This document shows, one piece after another, positions 1-12,300 of a stretch of DNA of 64,000 bases. The stretch is from Macrostomum lignano. Lineage: Eukaryota. The DNA lies in the NCBI GenBank assembly GCA_002269645.1, contig NIVC01000393.1, positions 186,001 through 250,000 of the forward strand, read 5' to 3'. The translations under genes and the position numbers were made by a program. The number at the start of each line of letters is the position of its first letter. Within the stretch, counting starts at the first letter, position 1. The notes under the pieces are model-generated. The model saw only the letters and a program-made list of their open reading frames with translations, was not told the DNA's origin and searched no databases.

Positions 1-207
1 AACAGAAAAACAATGCAAAGAATCAGCGGTCGCAGCACGTGACAACGATTTGCCTATGGCTCGCGCCTACCGGCGCTCGCCAGACAATCGTTATCACGCA
101 CTGGGACCGCTGATTATTTATCCATTGCGTTGCCGCGCGCTTCTATGGTAAAAACAAAAGCGAAATCGTTTGACAATTAATAAAACCATATATTGGGTTT
201 AAACCAT

Positions 208-450
208 AGACAGTGTCACTATATCGATGTCAGTATCACTATATCGGTGTCAGTATCACTATATCGGTGTCAGTATCACTATATCGGTGTCAGTGTCACT
301 ATATCGGGTCTGTATCACTATATCGGGTCTGTATCACTATATCGGGTCAGTGTCACTATATCGGTGTCAGTGTCACTATATCGGGTCAGTATCACTATAT
401 CGGGTCAGTGTCACTATATCGGGTCAGTGTCACTATATCGGTGTCAGCAT
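208..450. repeat. 19-20 bp minisatellite (CACTATATCGGTGTCAGTAT)
   Basis: Unit repeated about 12 times. The ORFs at 193-666, 213-527 and 227-505 are translations of this repeat. Confidence 0.9.
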
Positions 451-797
451 CAATATCTGTATCGCTGTCGATGTTGTCCTCTTTATTCATGTTTACGAGT
501 TATAATATCAATCGTTCAGTTCTTTGAGGGCCTTTCTGCTTCAAAAGACGTCACTACATATACATGTCAGAAAAAAACACCCAATAAAGAGAAAAAAAGT
601 TGGTCGGATAGTTTAGAATGTTTCGCTAAATCGATATTTCTTAACAATTTAGCTCTTTCAGGCTGATTTTAATTGGTTGACAGTTCACATTGAAATCGAG
701 AGTTTCAAAGCAGGCCTAAAGGAGTTTGATCAGAAGACTCAATCTCTTCGTCAAGTTCCGATTGAATTCAAAAGTACATCTGTCTTCAGCTCGACCC

Positions 798-2773
798 TCA
801 GGACAGGCATAGCGGCGCGGTGGACGATCCGACCTGCTCCACGGTCGCTCGACCGTTCGAGTCCAAGTTCGCTCCACTTGTCTTCACGATGTTCTTCGCC
901 TCTGCCGCCACAAAGCTGCCACCGCCGCCGCCGCCGCCACCCTTCTTGCCTCCACCGCCGCCGCCTCCAGAGTAGCCGCCGCCTCCACCGCCGCCAGATT
1001 TCTTTTTGCCGCCTCCGCCTCCACCGCCGCCGTAGCCGCCAAACGAGAAGTCTTCGTCACCGTTGCCCCCGCTCCAACCTTTGCCAAAACTCTCTCCGCC
1101 GAAACCACTATCTTTACCGGACCCGTCTTGGCCTGCCGACTTCCAGCCGGCGCCGGCACCGCCGTTTTCTTTTCCGGAAGTGCTCGCATGGCCGCCGTGG
1201 CCGCCTGCGCCGCCGGCACCGGCATCATCGCCGCCGCCGCTGGTCCCGGCCTCGGCGCTGCTCCCGTCAATTCCATTGCAGACGTCTTTGGATTCGCTGC
1301 CGCCACCTCCGCCCCCGCCGGCCGCCACCAGAGGCAGCGCCGTCGATGTGTCGATGCCGTTGACATAGATGAAGGTGCCGCCACCGCCACCAGCTGAGTC
1401 ATCGTCCTCTGGTGCGTCGCCGCCTGCTTTGCCAACGATAATCGCCAGGGTGATGCCTGCGGTCAGCTTGAAGTGTCCGGATACGTGGGCGCCCCTACCG
1501 CCAGGTTTGCCGCCGTCGACATTGCCGCCTCGGGCGCCCCAGGCGCTGATCTTGTAGCAGCCGGTTGTGACGATGGCGTGGGTCAAGATAGTGCCAACCT
1601 GATTGCTTCCAATAAGCGGGGCTGCAATGAATTCGTTAAGTACATTTTTTTCAAAAAGCATATTACGAGGTTTTGATTGAAACAAATAGATGAAGACTCA
1701 CCGGTCAAAGCCTGTTTGGGAGCAGTCGTAGTTGTACTCGTTGTTGTTGTTGTTTTTGGGGTCGTAGTGGTCGTCGTTGGAGTCGTGGTTGTTGTTGGAG
1801 TCGTGGTTGTTGTTGTTGGAGTCGTGGTTGTTGTTGGAGTCGTGGTCGTTGTTGTTGGAGTCGTGGTTGTTGTTGTTGGAGTCGTGGTTGTTGTTGTTGG
1901 AGTCGTGGTTGTTGTTGTTGGAGTCGTGGTTGTTGTTGTTGGAGTCGTGGTTGTTGTTGTTGGAGTCGTGGTTGTTGTTGTTGGAGTCGTAGTGGTCGTC
2001 GTTGGAGTCTTCGTTGTTGTTGGAGTCGTGGTTGTTGTTGTTGGAGTCGTAGTGGTCGTCGTTGGAGTCGTGGTTGTTGTTGGAGTAGTGGTCTTTGTTG
2101 TTGGAGTCGTGGTTGTTGTTGTTGGAGTCGTGGTTGTTGTTGTTGGAGTCGTAATTGTTGTTGTTGTTGGAGTCGTGGTTGTTGTTGTTGGAGTCGTGGT
2201 AGTCGTTGTTTTTGGAGTCGTGGTTTTTGTTGTTGGAGTCGTAACTGTTGTTGTTGGAGTCGTGGTTGTTGTTGTTGATGGAGTCGTGGTGGTTGTCGTT
2301 GTTGGAGTCGTAGTGGTTGTTGTTGCCGTTTGAGTCGTGGTTGTCGTTGTCAGAGATGTTGTTGTCGTGTCTGTAGTGGCAGCGGTTTCTCCGCAAGCAG
2401 GTCTGTTGTCCAACAGCTGCGTCAGACAGCTGGAGCCCGAACTCGACCTCCATTTGTTGGCAAGGTCACACGAGGAGCCGAGTACGCACTTTCCGGTGCT
2501 CAACGTCAAGGAGGCGATTTTTTCGCCCGGATGCAGCAACTGGAACACGGAGCATCTCATCCGCCCGATCGCGGCGCATTCAACTGCGCAGATCCGATGA
2601 TCCGTGACCCCAGAGATCTCTTTAAACGTGGCATTATTCGAAGCGCCGGTCGACAAAGGCAGCTCGATAGCGCAGAGGTTGTCCGTCGGAACCGTGAAGG
2701 AAACGCAGTCGATATTCTGGCAGGAGCAGGCGGACAGAAAGGCGAGGAGTGCAACAGTGACGGCTGCACTCAT
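798..2773 (-). CDS. Secreted protein: signal peptide, Cys-rich PAN/apple-like module, Thr-rich mucin-like stalk, ALK/LTK-type glycine-rich domain (about 631 aa, 2 exons)
   Basis: Exon 1 is 2773-1702 and exon 2 is 1621-798. The 80-bp intron 1701-1622 has a GTGAGT donor and a TTGCAG acceptor, both phase 1, joining ...KQALT-A-PLIGSNQ.... The N-terminus MSAAVTVALLAFLSACSC is hydrophobic. It is followed by a Cys pattern (ICAVEC...RCSVFQL...GKCVLG), about 200 aa of PT(5-6) repeats, and the C-terminal motifs YKISAWGARGG, GGRGAHVSGHF, LAIIVGKAGG, GGGGGTFIY, LVAAGGGGG and GGGSFV typical of the Gly_rich/ALK glycine-rich domain. Confidence 0.8.
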
Positions 2774-5700
2774 GATGCCGATTGGCTTGTCGTCTCCAGT
2801 GATTTAGATTCTTACAGTGAATAATTACCTCAGTTGATTGTTGCGCTCATTTTTATTCCAGAATAATGAAGCTACTCACTTCTGTTTGCTTTTTTAGGTT
2901 TGGAGCAGAGAAGCTGCAAGCAAACGCTTTGCCGCCCGTTGCCAATGGAAACTCGTGTCAAGCTCCACAGCTGGTTGGGGCGATGGGGTGGGCATCTGCA
3001 AGCCAAACCATGTGATTGCATTGTCAGTGGCGTGAGAGAAATGTTTTTGGCTATATTTACCTCAAATTAAACATGCTTCGATGGAAAAAGCGACGCCTGG
3101 AATGGCTGAACTTCCATGTTTACCTGAAATTAGACCTGCTTCGCTGGAAACAGCTAAGCCTGCTGAAGCAAAAAAGCAGGACTGGGATATGCCGTTCTTC
3201 CGTGTCTTTGAGACAATGGGAATGCAAAAATGAATACTGGGGCTCCTGGGAATAATTAAGAAATTTCTTCTTGGCATACGGCATATCTACCACCCCAAAA
3301 AAACAGGATAATAGCCATTCCCCCTCTTCCTGACAATGGGAATGAGAAAATGAATACTGAGGCTCTTGAGAATAATTAAGTGTTTTTCCTCCTGGTATAT
3401 GTCCTATCCACCACCCAATCTGGACTAAGCTCATTTCCTTCAATTTTATACGGAGAAAAATTATCGCGTGGCGCCCGGTATAATGCTGCATGCATCCGTG
3501 ACGTCTACCTGAAGGGGATGTCCCCGTTTGCTACCCTGATCAAAAGAGTGACGCCCTGTTCAGATAGAGACTGAACCGATGCGTGAGGTCGCGTCACAAA
3601 TCACGACCCAGTCCGTCCCACCCAAACCAATCACAGAAATAAACGTAAAGGTACACGCACGGAGCTTACTTCTCGTTGAAATACAAACGCGGCCCTGACA
3701 TCCTCACAGCCCATGCAGCAGTAACAGTAACAGTAATAAGTAAATCGGCGCCTCAGCCATTGATCAGGCTCTTACGCCACTAGATAAATATAGATTCCAG
3801 TTTGGGAGTGTACTTATGTACACTGAGATCCTAATTGGAGCTAAGAGGACTGTACAAAGGGCAAATGACAGATCAAAAACCTCCCGGGGGGACAGTGACA
3901 GCGGATCGACATACCAGTCAGGAAGCCCGTGCCCAAAAAACCAGGTTAGCTAGACCCCTTGCCTATTAGGGTTGGCCCGAAGGCCGAGAGCCGTGGCTAC
4001 CATGCTGGGGCCGACCACCCACCACCCCCGGGTACTCAAGCCAAACGTAACATAAACCTCCCCGGGGCCAGAGGGGGTAGAGTGAACCATTCAGGGAAGC
4101 CCGTGCCTACTCCTGGGTTAGATAAGCCAAAAATACCGGTCATATGACCGCCCCCACGGCCGTGGCAACCCGAAGGAGCCTCCCCCCCAACTAAACCCCG
4201 GGTACTCTTGCCAGACAGTCTCTTATCTTTGAAGCGGCAGGAGGGCTAATCGCCGGGACTATTTCACCCTTTGCTTCGCCAACCCGCCATTTCTATAGTG
4301 ACCGTGCCAACGGTCTCGTCCTGCTCAGACTCAGTCCTGGTTCTGGCACATTCCAGCTTTAGTAGGGTCGCTGGCTGTTCGCTCAGAGGGCACTCCGAGG
4401 GGGACCGTCAGAGCACCAACTGGAACAGGTATAGGCAGGTATCCTCACAGCCTATGCAGCCAAATCATCAGGAAAATAAATAGGCTTAGAGCGCACAGGG
4501 GGGGGGTAGAGAAAGAGGTGGCAGCCAATCACGTCGCGTGGGTGAGATAGAAAGGGACGAGATAAAAACGCGACGCGGGTGGGGAGCAGCCTATGCGGGT
4601 GAGAGAGGGAGGGGGTGGGTGCGATATCGGGCGCACCGGACTGCCAGCCCAAGGACGGCTAGCAGTGCAAGTGCACGGCGACACAATAATGATCAGCCCC
4701 GTTCTATAAAGCCATTGTAAGATAAGATTGTTTTTAGCCCCTATCTCTTTAGCCCCTATATTTAGCCCCTATAAACAACAATATTATTTCACGTTGTCGA
4801 ATAACAGGATTGTTGACGATTTAAGATTGATACCTGACACGGGAAAAGTCGGAATGCTTTCGAACCTATATGCGCATCCTTTGCGAGGACTTTGCTAGCA
4901 GAACTAGACTGCTAATTTATCTGTAGCCGTCAGATTGACTGAGAAAGTACATATGTACGTGTTTCTTTGGCCAAGGAAACAAGTTAAAAATTGCTTTTGG
5001 CATATGAATAATTTCCTAAATATTCTAAAATATTCCATTTTGCCACTGAATTCTTCCAAACTGCAAAAAAATTTCGTCCATTAGTTTGCTTTCCTAGAAA
5101 TGGGAGCCAAATTTAGATCATGTCATAGGACAGCTGTATGCGTTCACGCAAAGCGTTTCAGCCAGTATGCAAAACATTTCTTCCATTAAAGACTCCAAAC
5201 ATACATCATGTATAATACACTGTTTGCTTCGCGCTGTTTCCTGTCAACTAAAGTCTCCGGTCGTTTTTGAATAAATTGACTGCAGAGACTGCCTGGGATG
5301 AATTGCTAGCAGATTTCTTGCAGGCAAATCAGCAGATATAGCAGCTAGACCGCAGATACCTGCCCATACCTTGGCCAGTCAGAAATTCAGAAATTCGGAA
5401 TTCAGAAATTTAGTTAGAGAAAAAGAATGCAAGCACTTTATCTCATCTTAGTCATCGCTCCCCTGTTGTGGACCGGCTGCTCCCCCGTTGTTTTGCATGT
5501 ATAGCTGCAGGTAGATCTGAGATACAAAGGCTCGTATTATATACCTTTTTGTGCTTGCTCATTTGGTGAAATCTGCGTTCAATTTGGTGCGAATTCTCCA
5601 GCAGGCGGACGTTGTCAGCCACTTAATTAGGGTTTCGCCATAGACTAAGCAGAAAGAAAAAAGCAGAAATTTCGAAATAGCTGCATTTAATTTGGTCTGC

Positions 5701-7398
5701 ATGCCCAAGAATAGCTCGTACATGGTATATGTACAAAGAAATTGAGACATGGCACATATAGGCTCTTATTCCAAAATCAGCTTTGTAGACCGTAAGAGAA
5801 TTGTGAGCTAGCCCAAATAGAACAGAGTTAAGAGCGTAGATATTAAATACCCTAGATGGTTCACTCGACTCTACTGTATTTAGCAAAGCTACTCTGTGTT
5901 CGCTAGTAGTATGAGCGTAAAAAGCAACATTTATTTATTCAACAGAGCTTGCTTTCCACCTCAACAGCTAGAATTTTTTCACTTACTGTACTGATGACCT
6001 CTTCCGTCTACCAGATCTAAAAGCAGTCGGCACCGATAAGAATGGATCTGCATGGTATTACGAGCATCCCGTCGGTCAAATGGATCAGCCAAATCGAACC
6101 TCTGAATCTCCGGTGTGCATCCAGTATAACAAAACTTGAGGAGTTACAGATCTGCGTCGTCGTGTATCCTCGCAGCGCAGACAGTGGAAATACCGTTCAC
6201 CGATGCTACTGCACTGAAAGACACAAGAGCAGACGAAGACACGGCGAAGACACGGCGTTTTCAAATGCTAGTAGCTTGTAGCTGTGTGTTGTATAACCAC
6301 GTTTTGGTCGCGGGATCATGTGGGGAATTTTTTCGAGATATCCCAGATCCCTTTGACCCACTGGGCAGAGCTGTAGAGACTTAGTCGGGTCCCTGACCAG
6401 GCCAACTGACTCCCGCTCTGTTGCGACCCCCTGCTGTCTCTGTTCCGTCTCCCACTCAGCCACACGTGCCTTTTCGGAGCCCCTAGCTTTTTCACACCTT
6501 GTCCGCCGCCCCATTTCTCATGCGCCCCATCCCATTTATCATGCATTTCTCATGTTTCTCATCCCATTCTCATCTTTTTATCATGTTTTAGCACGTTTTT
6601 CTTGCGCTTTCCTCTCCTCATCCCGTGCCTACTTAGAGTATTGTTTGTGCTCGATCATCACCCCATCCCCCTCTAGGATTCCAAATAATGACGCAAGACT
6701 ACCGACCCCTCCCTCACCCCGATGACTCATCACCCTCCTCTTGTGCAACCTTTCTCATGCTATTGTTCTCTTCCCGGGATTTCTCATGTGACACCCACCC
6801 CTCGCTTTGTTCTCGCTTTTGATTCTTTTGTTCTCCTCTTCGCACCCAATTAGCACCTTTTTCTCAATGTTTGCTTTTCTATTGTTCTCGATTCTCCCCA
6901 ATAATCCACGATTTCCATTTCCTTTGTTCTCGATCTAGAACCTATTGTTCTCCATGTTTGCTTGCGCAACACTTCTTCGACCCCCCGCTGTGCTCATTTT
7001 CCCACCAACCCTCCTCCGAATTGCGCAATTCTCCCATTTCTCATGTTGCTATGCCGTTCTCATATTTCTCAAAATGACTCATTCTGACGTCATCTTCCCG
7101 GCGGCCAATCAGAGAGAGGGAGTCGTGGAAACGACCTTGGAGCGGCGGCTATGATGGATCTGAGGACTATCTAAGGAAGTGATTTTCGGCGTGAGAATCG
7201 GCAACCTTCCTTCCTGTCCCCTGTCCTCCCCCTTTCCTTCCTCTTGGAAGAAGCTGCTCTTCTCGTCCTATCTTTGGACTTGCCGTCAGACGCCGAGCTG
7301 GCCCTGATTTGTCTATAAGACGAAGCCCTGCCGGCCCGCGATCCGATACGCTTCACTACCTGCCTGTCCGCAGTCTACAGCCACCCTCGGTCACTCCA

Positions 7399-7453
<55 letters not shown>

Positions 7454-9371
7454 CTGCCGGTGAATTCCTGTATTGATTTGTGCTCTGATTGCCTTTGCTT
7501 ATCCGGGGTTTGCTTATTTCCCATTGCTTGATTAGAGAACTGAGCCAATTGTGTAACGTACCTTGCTGTATTTTACTCAATAGTGAAGCCGCCTATTGCC
7601 TGTTTATTTCGCCTAAGGGCCTAATTATTAACGATTACTAAACACCTCATTTTTCACACCTTCACCATAATTTCATGCATGGCTTGCTGAGCCTTTCTCC
7701 CTGAGGGGCAAAGCATAAGGAAGTTTGGGTAAGCTAATGGGCTCTCCCCGTGAAAAGCCCATCTGTGTGTGCGTGCTGCGGGTCCTGTTTGCGTGCAGTA
7801 GAGGGAATTAGCGGGTTATGGCACAGAATGGCAGCAGGACAGGAGGGTTTTAGTAGTGTGAGTTGAACATGTATACTAGCTATAGTTTAGATTGCTCAGG
7901 GTGAAGGAACGCGCAAGCAGGGCCGTAATATTGAAGCCGCAAGTCCGCCTCATTCACAGCCATAAAAGGATCCCCTGCTGAGAAACCCTCCAGATTGATC
8001 CCAGAGTTCCCGAGTGTGCCCAAAGCAGAGTCCCTGTACTCGGCTGCATGCGTCTCCCCTGTTAGCCTAAATATCCTGGTAACCAATCCAGGCGGGGCTC
8101 TAGCCTTGAAAGGTCTGGAAATAGCATGGGTGTGCCAGGTCAATTAGTTGGTGGCCTAGCCATTCGGTCATGCTATGATCGAGTGACCAGTTTTTGCACC
8201 TTGGCTACAGGTGGGGTCCATGTGGGTCCTTGGCCCTTTGGTTACGAAAGCGCTATCAAAAGCTAGCAATCATGTGGGCTTGACAGTCTGGTTGCTGGCG
8301 GTCCGTCAGGTCATTGCCCGTTCATAGTAGGCAGCCTACGGTCATTGCCCTATATGGTCATACCCTCCCCTCCCCGTGGAGCAGACGGTCATAAAAGGCG
8401 GCGGCGGAATGAATAGTCAGCCTTTCCGCCTTAATTTCTTCCTTTTTTGGTTTTTTCACTGTTCGAACGTCGTGAATACCCCTGTTTGAGTTCAACCAAT
8501 AAGCAAACGAAACGAGGATATAAAATATTTTTTAGAAACAGCTACCGTAACAGACTTTTGGGATATAGCCAGCAGAGGCACATGAACTTTCATATGTATA
8601 TGCATATGCTCCGTAGAAGTATAAGTTGAAGTTTCAATACCGCGAACATTAGAGCGTGTTAAAACAAATTATAAAGACAGATACTCTAGTCAGATAATAT
8701 TTTTTAGAAATAAAAAAATACAGATTACACTTCCAAGCACCTAATTAAACAAATATATCACAAGCAAAATAAGCAGGTTAGCTATAAGCCTATAACTATA
8801 TTTGAAAACGTTTTTCTTAGAAGAAATTAAGTAGTGAAATCACCCCTATAAGATTATGCCTAGTGATCTGCTGTTGGTACCAACTACCTAGGGTCGCTGC
8901 CGCTGAGTTTCTAAGAGTGAGACAAAGAAGGGAGCGAAGTTAAATTTTCCAACATTTTATCAAGACATAAGATATACTGTCCTGACAAACAATTTGCTAT
9001 TTAATTTCACCGATCACTCGATCAGAACTACTATTTAGCACAAACAATCTAACAATCTCTAACAATCAGAACTTAGTATTCTTAGTCTAGTAACAGTAGG
9101 GCCTATCATCCGCCTATGCCAATATGATGCTGCTTAGGTCTACATACAAATTATACAATTAAGTTTAGCTTGGCCTAGTACTTGTCCAGTTGTCCTCTGT
9201 AGAAATGAGTGACTAAAATAGTGAGCTGTGAGCAGTATATAAAAATAATATTTAATAGGTAGGCCCTTGAACCAGTCACTTGTCTAAAGGCATATTTAAA
9301 TTTTAAGCTACAAAATTACCCACAAAGCCAAAGGCCTTATTATGGCAACTTCAGCAACTTATTTTTCAGCT

Positions 9372-12300
9372 ATGGCTATTGATGGTCTTGGATCTGAAGT
9401 TTTGCTTGTAGCTATTTTTATTGTAGCTCTTTGTATTCTTTTTGGATCAATGATACTATTTCCAAATAATATTGATACCACAAATAGTGAGAACCCTGGG
9501 TAAGTAATAAGTAATTAATATCTTATAATATAAATATTTTTGGAACTTTTGTATAATTTAAGTGACAAGTATAGAATTTTCTATAATTAGTCATTATCCT
9601 ATCTCCAGAAGATATAGTACAAGTGAGAATTTTCTGGCATGCATTTAAAAATTTCAGCCTACATGGGGTACAAATTAAATTGCAAAAACGGATGCAGATA
9701 TGAACAGATTCATATATTAAAATGCAGATATAAATGTAGATTATTATTTTGCGGAGTCAATATAGATATAAAAACAAATGCAGAAAATCTCTGTATTTAG
9801 TTCTGTTATATAACATGGATTTATATTCTGATTTATTTCTGTTTCTGTTTAGGCCTTATTTTTAGATAAATTATTATCATTTAAATTTATTGTGAAATAA
9901 TGATGGAAAATCATTTTCTCTATTTTCAAAAGTAAAGCTGCTCCATGATATGCTACAGATAATAGAAAAAAAGAAATTTGATTAGGTCTAAAGTTATGTT
10001 TGTCGCTATATATAATAGAAAAATTTATGTACATAACATGTATACTTCTATAGACAACAAATGTATAAAGTTTAAGTTTGAATTCTAAATAGTTCAAGTC
10101 TAGATTGACTAGTTTCTTGTTTTCATGTACTTGTGCCAATTCCATAAAGTACATGTAAATCTCTTGATGATTTCCTCATCATTATTTGTTTTTTTTAAAT
10201 GGAAACAACAATTTTTCATCATTTCAAATTGAAAAATTTGAAATTGAAATTGAAATTGAAATTTCAAATTGAAAATTGACTGATTTTAAGGTTTTTTTTA
10301 CAAAAGTTGCAATATATGGCATGAGCAAAGTTTTTTGATAGGAATCATACATGCGAAACCTTGGGAATCTCCCAGCCATTTCTATTGGCAATACAATATA
10401 CATACATATAAGTCACTATTGGCTAAGAGCAGTCACGACTATTATTCAAAGCCAAAGCTTATATCAAACTTGACCTCTATTAAACTAGAATCTAGAAAAA
10501 TGTATAATTCATAATATATACCAAAACTTTATTATAAACTTACATTAAATCAACAACTTAATAGAAAAACAGATTGGTCTAAGATAGGTTATCCACATAT
10601 TTTTGACATTGGCTTGATTAGAGCTATCTTTAGTCTTCTAGATAAAAACTATCAAATAGCAATCTAATAGATTGCTAATAGACCTAATAATCCATAATTG
10701 ATTATCTTCCAAAGCCTCAATACTACTACTATGAATTATAGATTGATATTTATATTAGCCATCACATTCCTCTAAGCAACACTTAAATATACTCGTACAT
10801 GTAAATTCTAAATGTGTGATGATGTGTAAAAATGTAAAATATGTAAAAATGTGTGATGTTTGGCATTGCAAAAGACAAACAAAAAGCAATGTAGGCCCCT
10901 ATTTGAAGCCTAGTAAGAAATATTCTGTTGCTTTAAAAGTTTAATGTTTCTTCAAGTTTTTCCATAGATATCTTTGTTATAATAGCCTAAAAAGGTGGAA
11001 GAGACCTTTCATTTGTTATTCATAATAAATTTAAATAAGGAAAATTTATCTAAAAATTAAATAGAACTAGATATAAAGCAGAATATAAATCAATGTTTTG
11101 ATAGAACTAAATCTGGAGATTTTCTGCATCTGTTCTTTATATCTGCATTTATTATGCAAAATGGTAATCCACATCTGTATCTACATTTTAGTATGCAAAT
11201 CTATTCCATATCTGCATCTATTTCTGCAGTTTAGTTGGTACTACTAGATGTGCAATCGAAAGAAAGTGTAGTTGTCAGGGTACATGATTGCAATGTAATG
11301 TTCATTACTGCATGCCAGTTCAATATTGCAATGGGCCATAGTCAGGATTCAGGAAGATGGCCTTTTTCACAGAAAATTCTGGCACAAAAGGGGTTGGACA
11401 TGTGCCACACCAGCATGGTATGGCGCAAGAAAAAATTGGCACAATTTGGTGCAAGATAAAAACTTTAAAAAGACATTATTTTTTCTAATAGAAAATTAGC
11501 ATGTAATTTCTTTTTATGAGCTTTTTTGTTTGCCAATATATTGATGGCTTTTTAAATTAATTTATGTTAAAATTGCATTTTCTATGAAACAGATTCAAAT
11601 ACAAATTGTATAAGTATTTTTCAAATAGAAAATTGACTGATTTCATGGGTTTTTTTACAAAAGTTGCAATATATGGTGTGAGCAAAGTTTTTTGATAGGA
11701 ATCATACATGCGAAACCTTGGGAATCTCCCAGCCATTTCTATTGGCAATACAATACACATACATATGTCACTATTGGCTGAGAGCAGTCACATGACTACT
11801 ATTCTGTCTAATAGTGACTTACATGTGTGTTGCCAATAGAAACAGCCAAGTGAATCCCAAGGTTGCACCCAAGCATGATAGGAATAGTTCCAGCGCATGA
11901 TAAAAGCCAAAGCTTATATCAAACTTGACCTCTATTAAACTAGAATCTAGAAAAGTTTATAATTCATAATATATACCAAAACTTTTTTATAAACTTACAT
12001 TAAATCAACAACTTAATAAAAAAAACAGATTGGTCTAAGATAGGTTATCCACATATTTTTGACACTGGCTTGATTAGAGCTATCTTTAGTCTTCTAGATA
12101 AAGACTATCAAATGGCAATCTAATAGATTGCTAATAGGCCTAATAATCCATAATTAATTATCTTCCAAAGCCTCATTACTACTACTATGAGTTATAGATT
12201 GATATTTATATTAGCCATCACATTCCTCTAAGCAACACTTGAATATACATGTAAATTCTAAATATATGTAAAAATGTGTGATGTTTGGCATTGCAAAAGA

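Noticed and set aside
193-666. Cys/Tyr/His-rich ORFs
   Set aside because: Translations of a 19-20 bp minisatellite, open in several frames, with no splice context.
1677-2453. Poly-Val (plus strand) and Asn/His/Asp-rich (minus strand) ORFs
   Set aside because: Alternative frames or the antisense of the Thr-rich coding repeat. Only the Thr frame has a signal peptide and an in-phase splice.
3560-8450. GC-richer ORF-less blocks with CCAAT/TATA-like words (3.6-4.7 kb and 6.4-8.45 kb) as possible solo LTRs, and short ORFs at 6042-6514
   Set aside because: No TG...CA termini, TSD, PBS, second copy or recognisable protein motif could be identified by eye. Needs RepeatMasker or BLAST.
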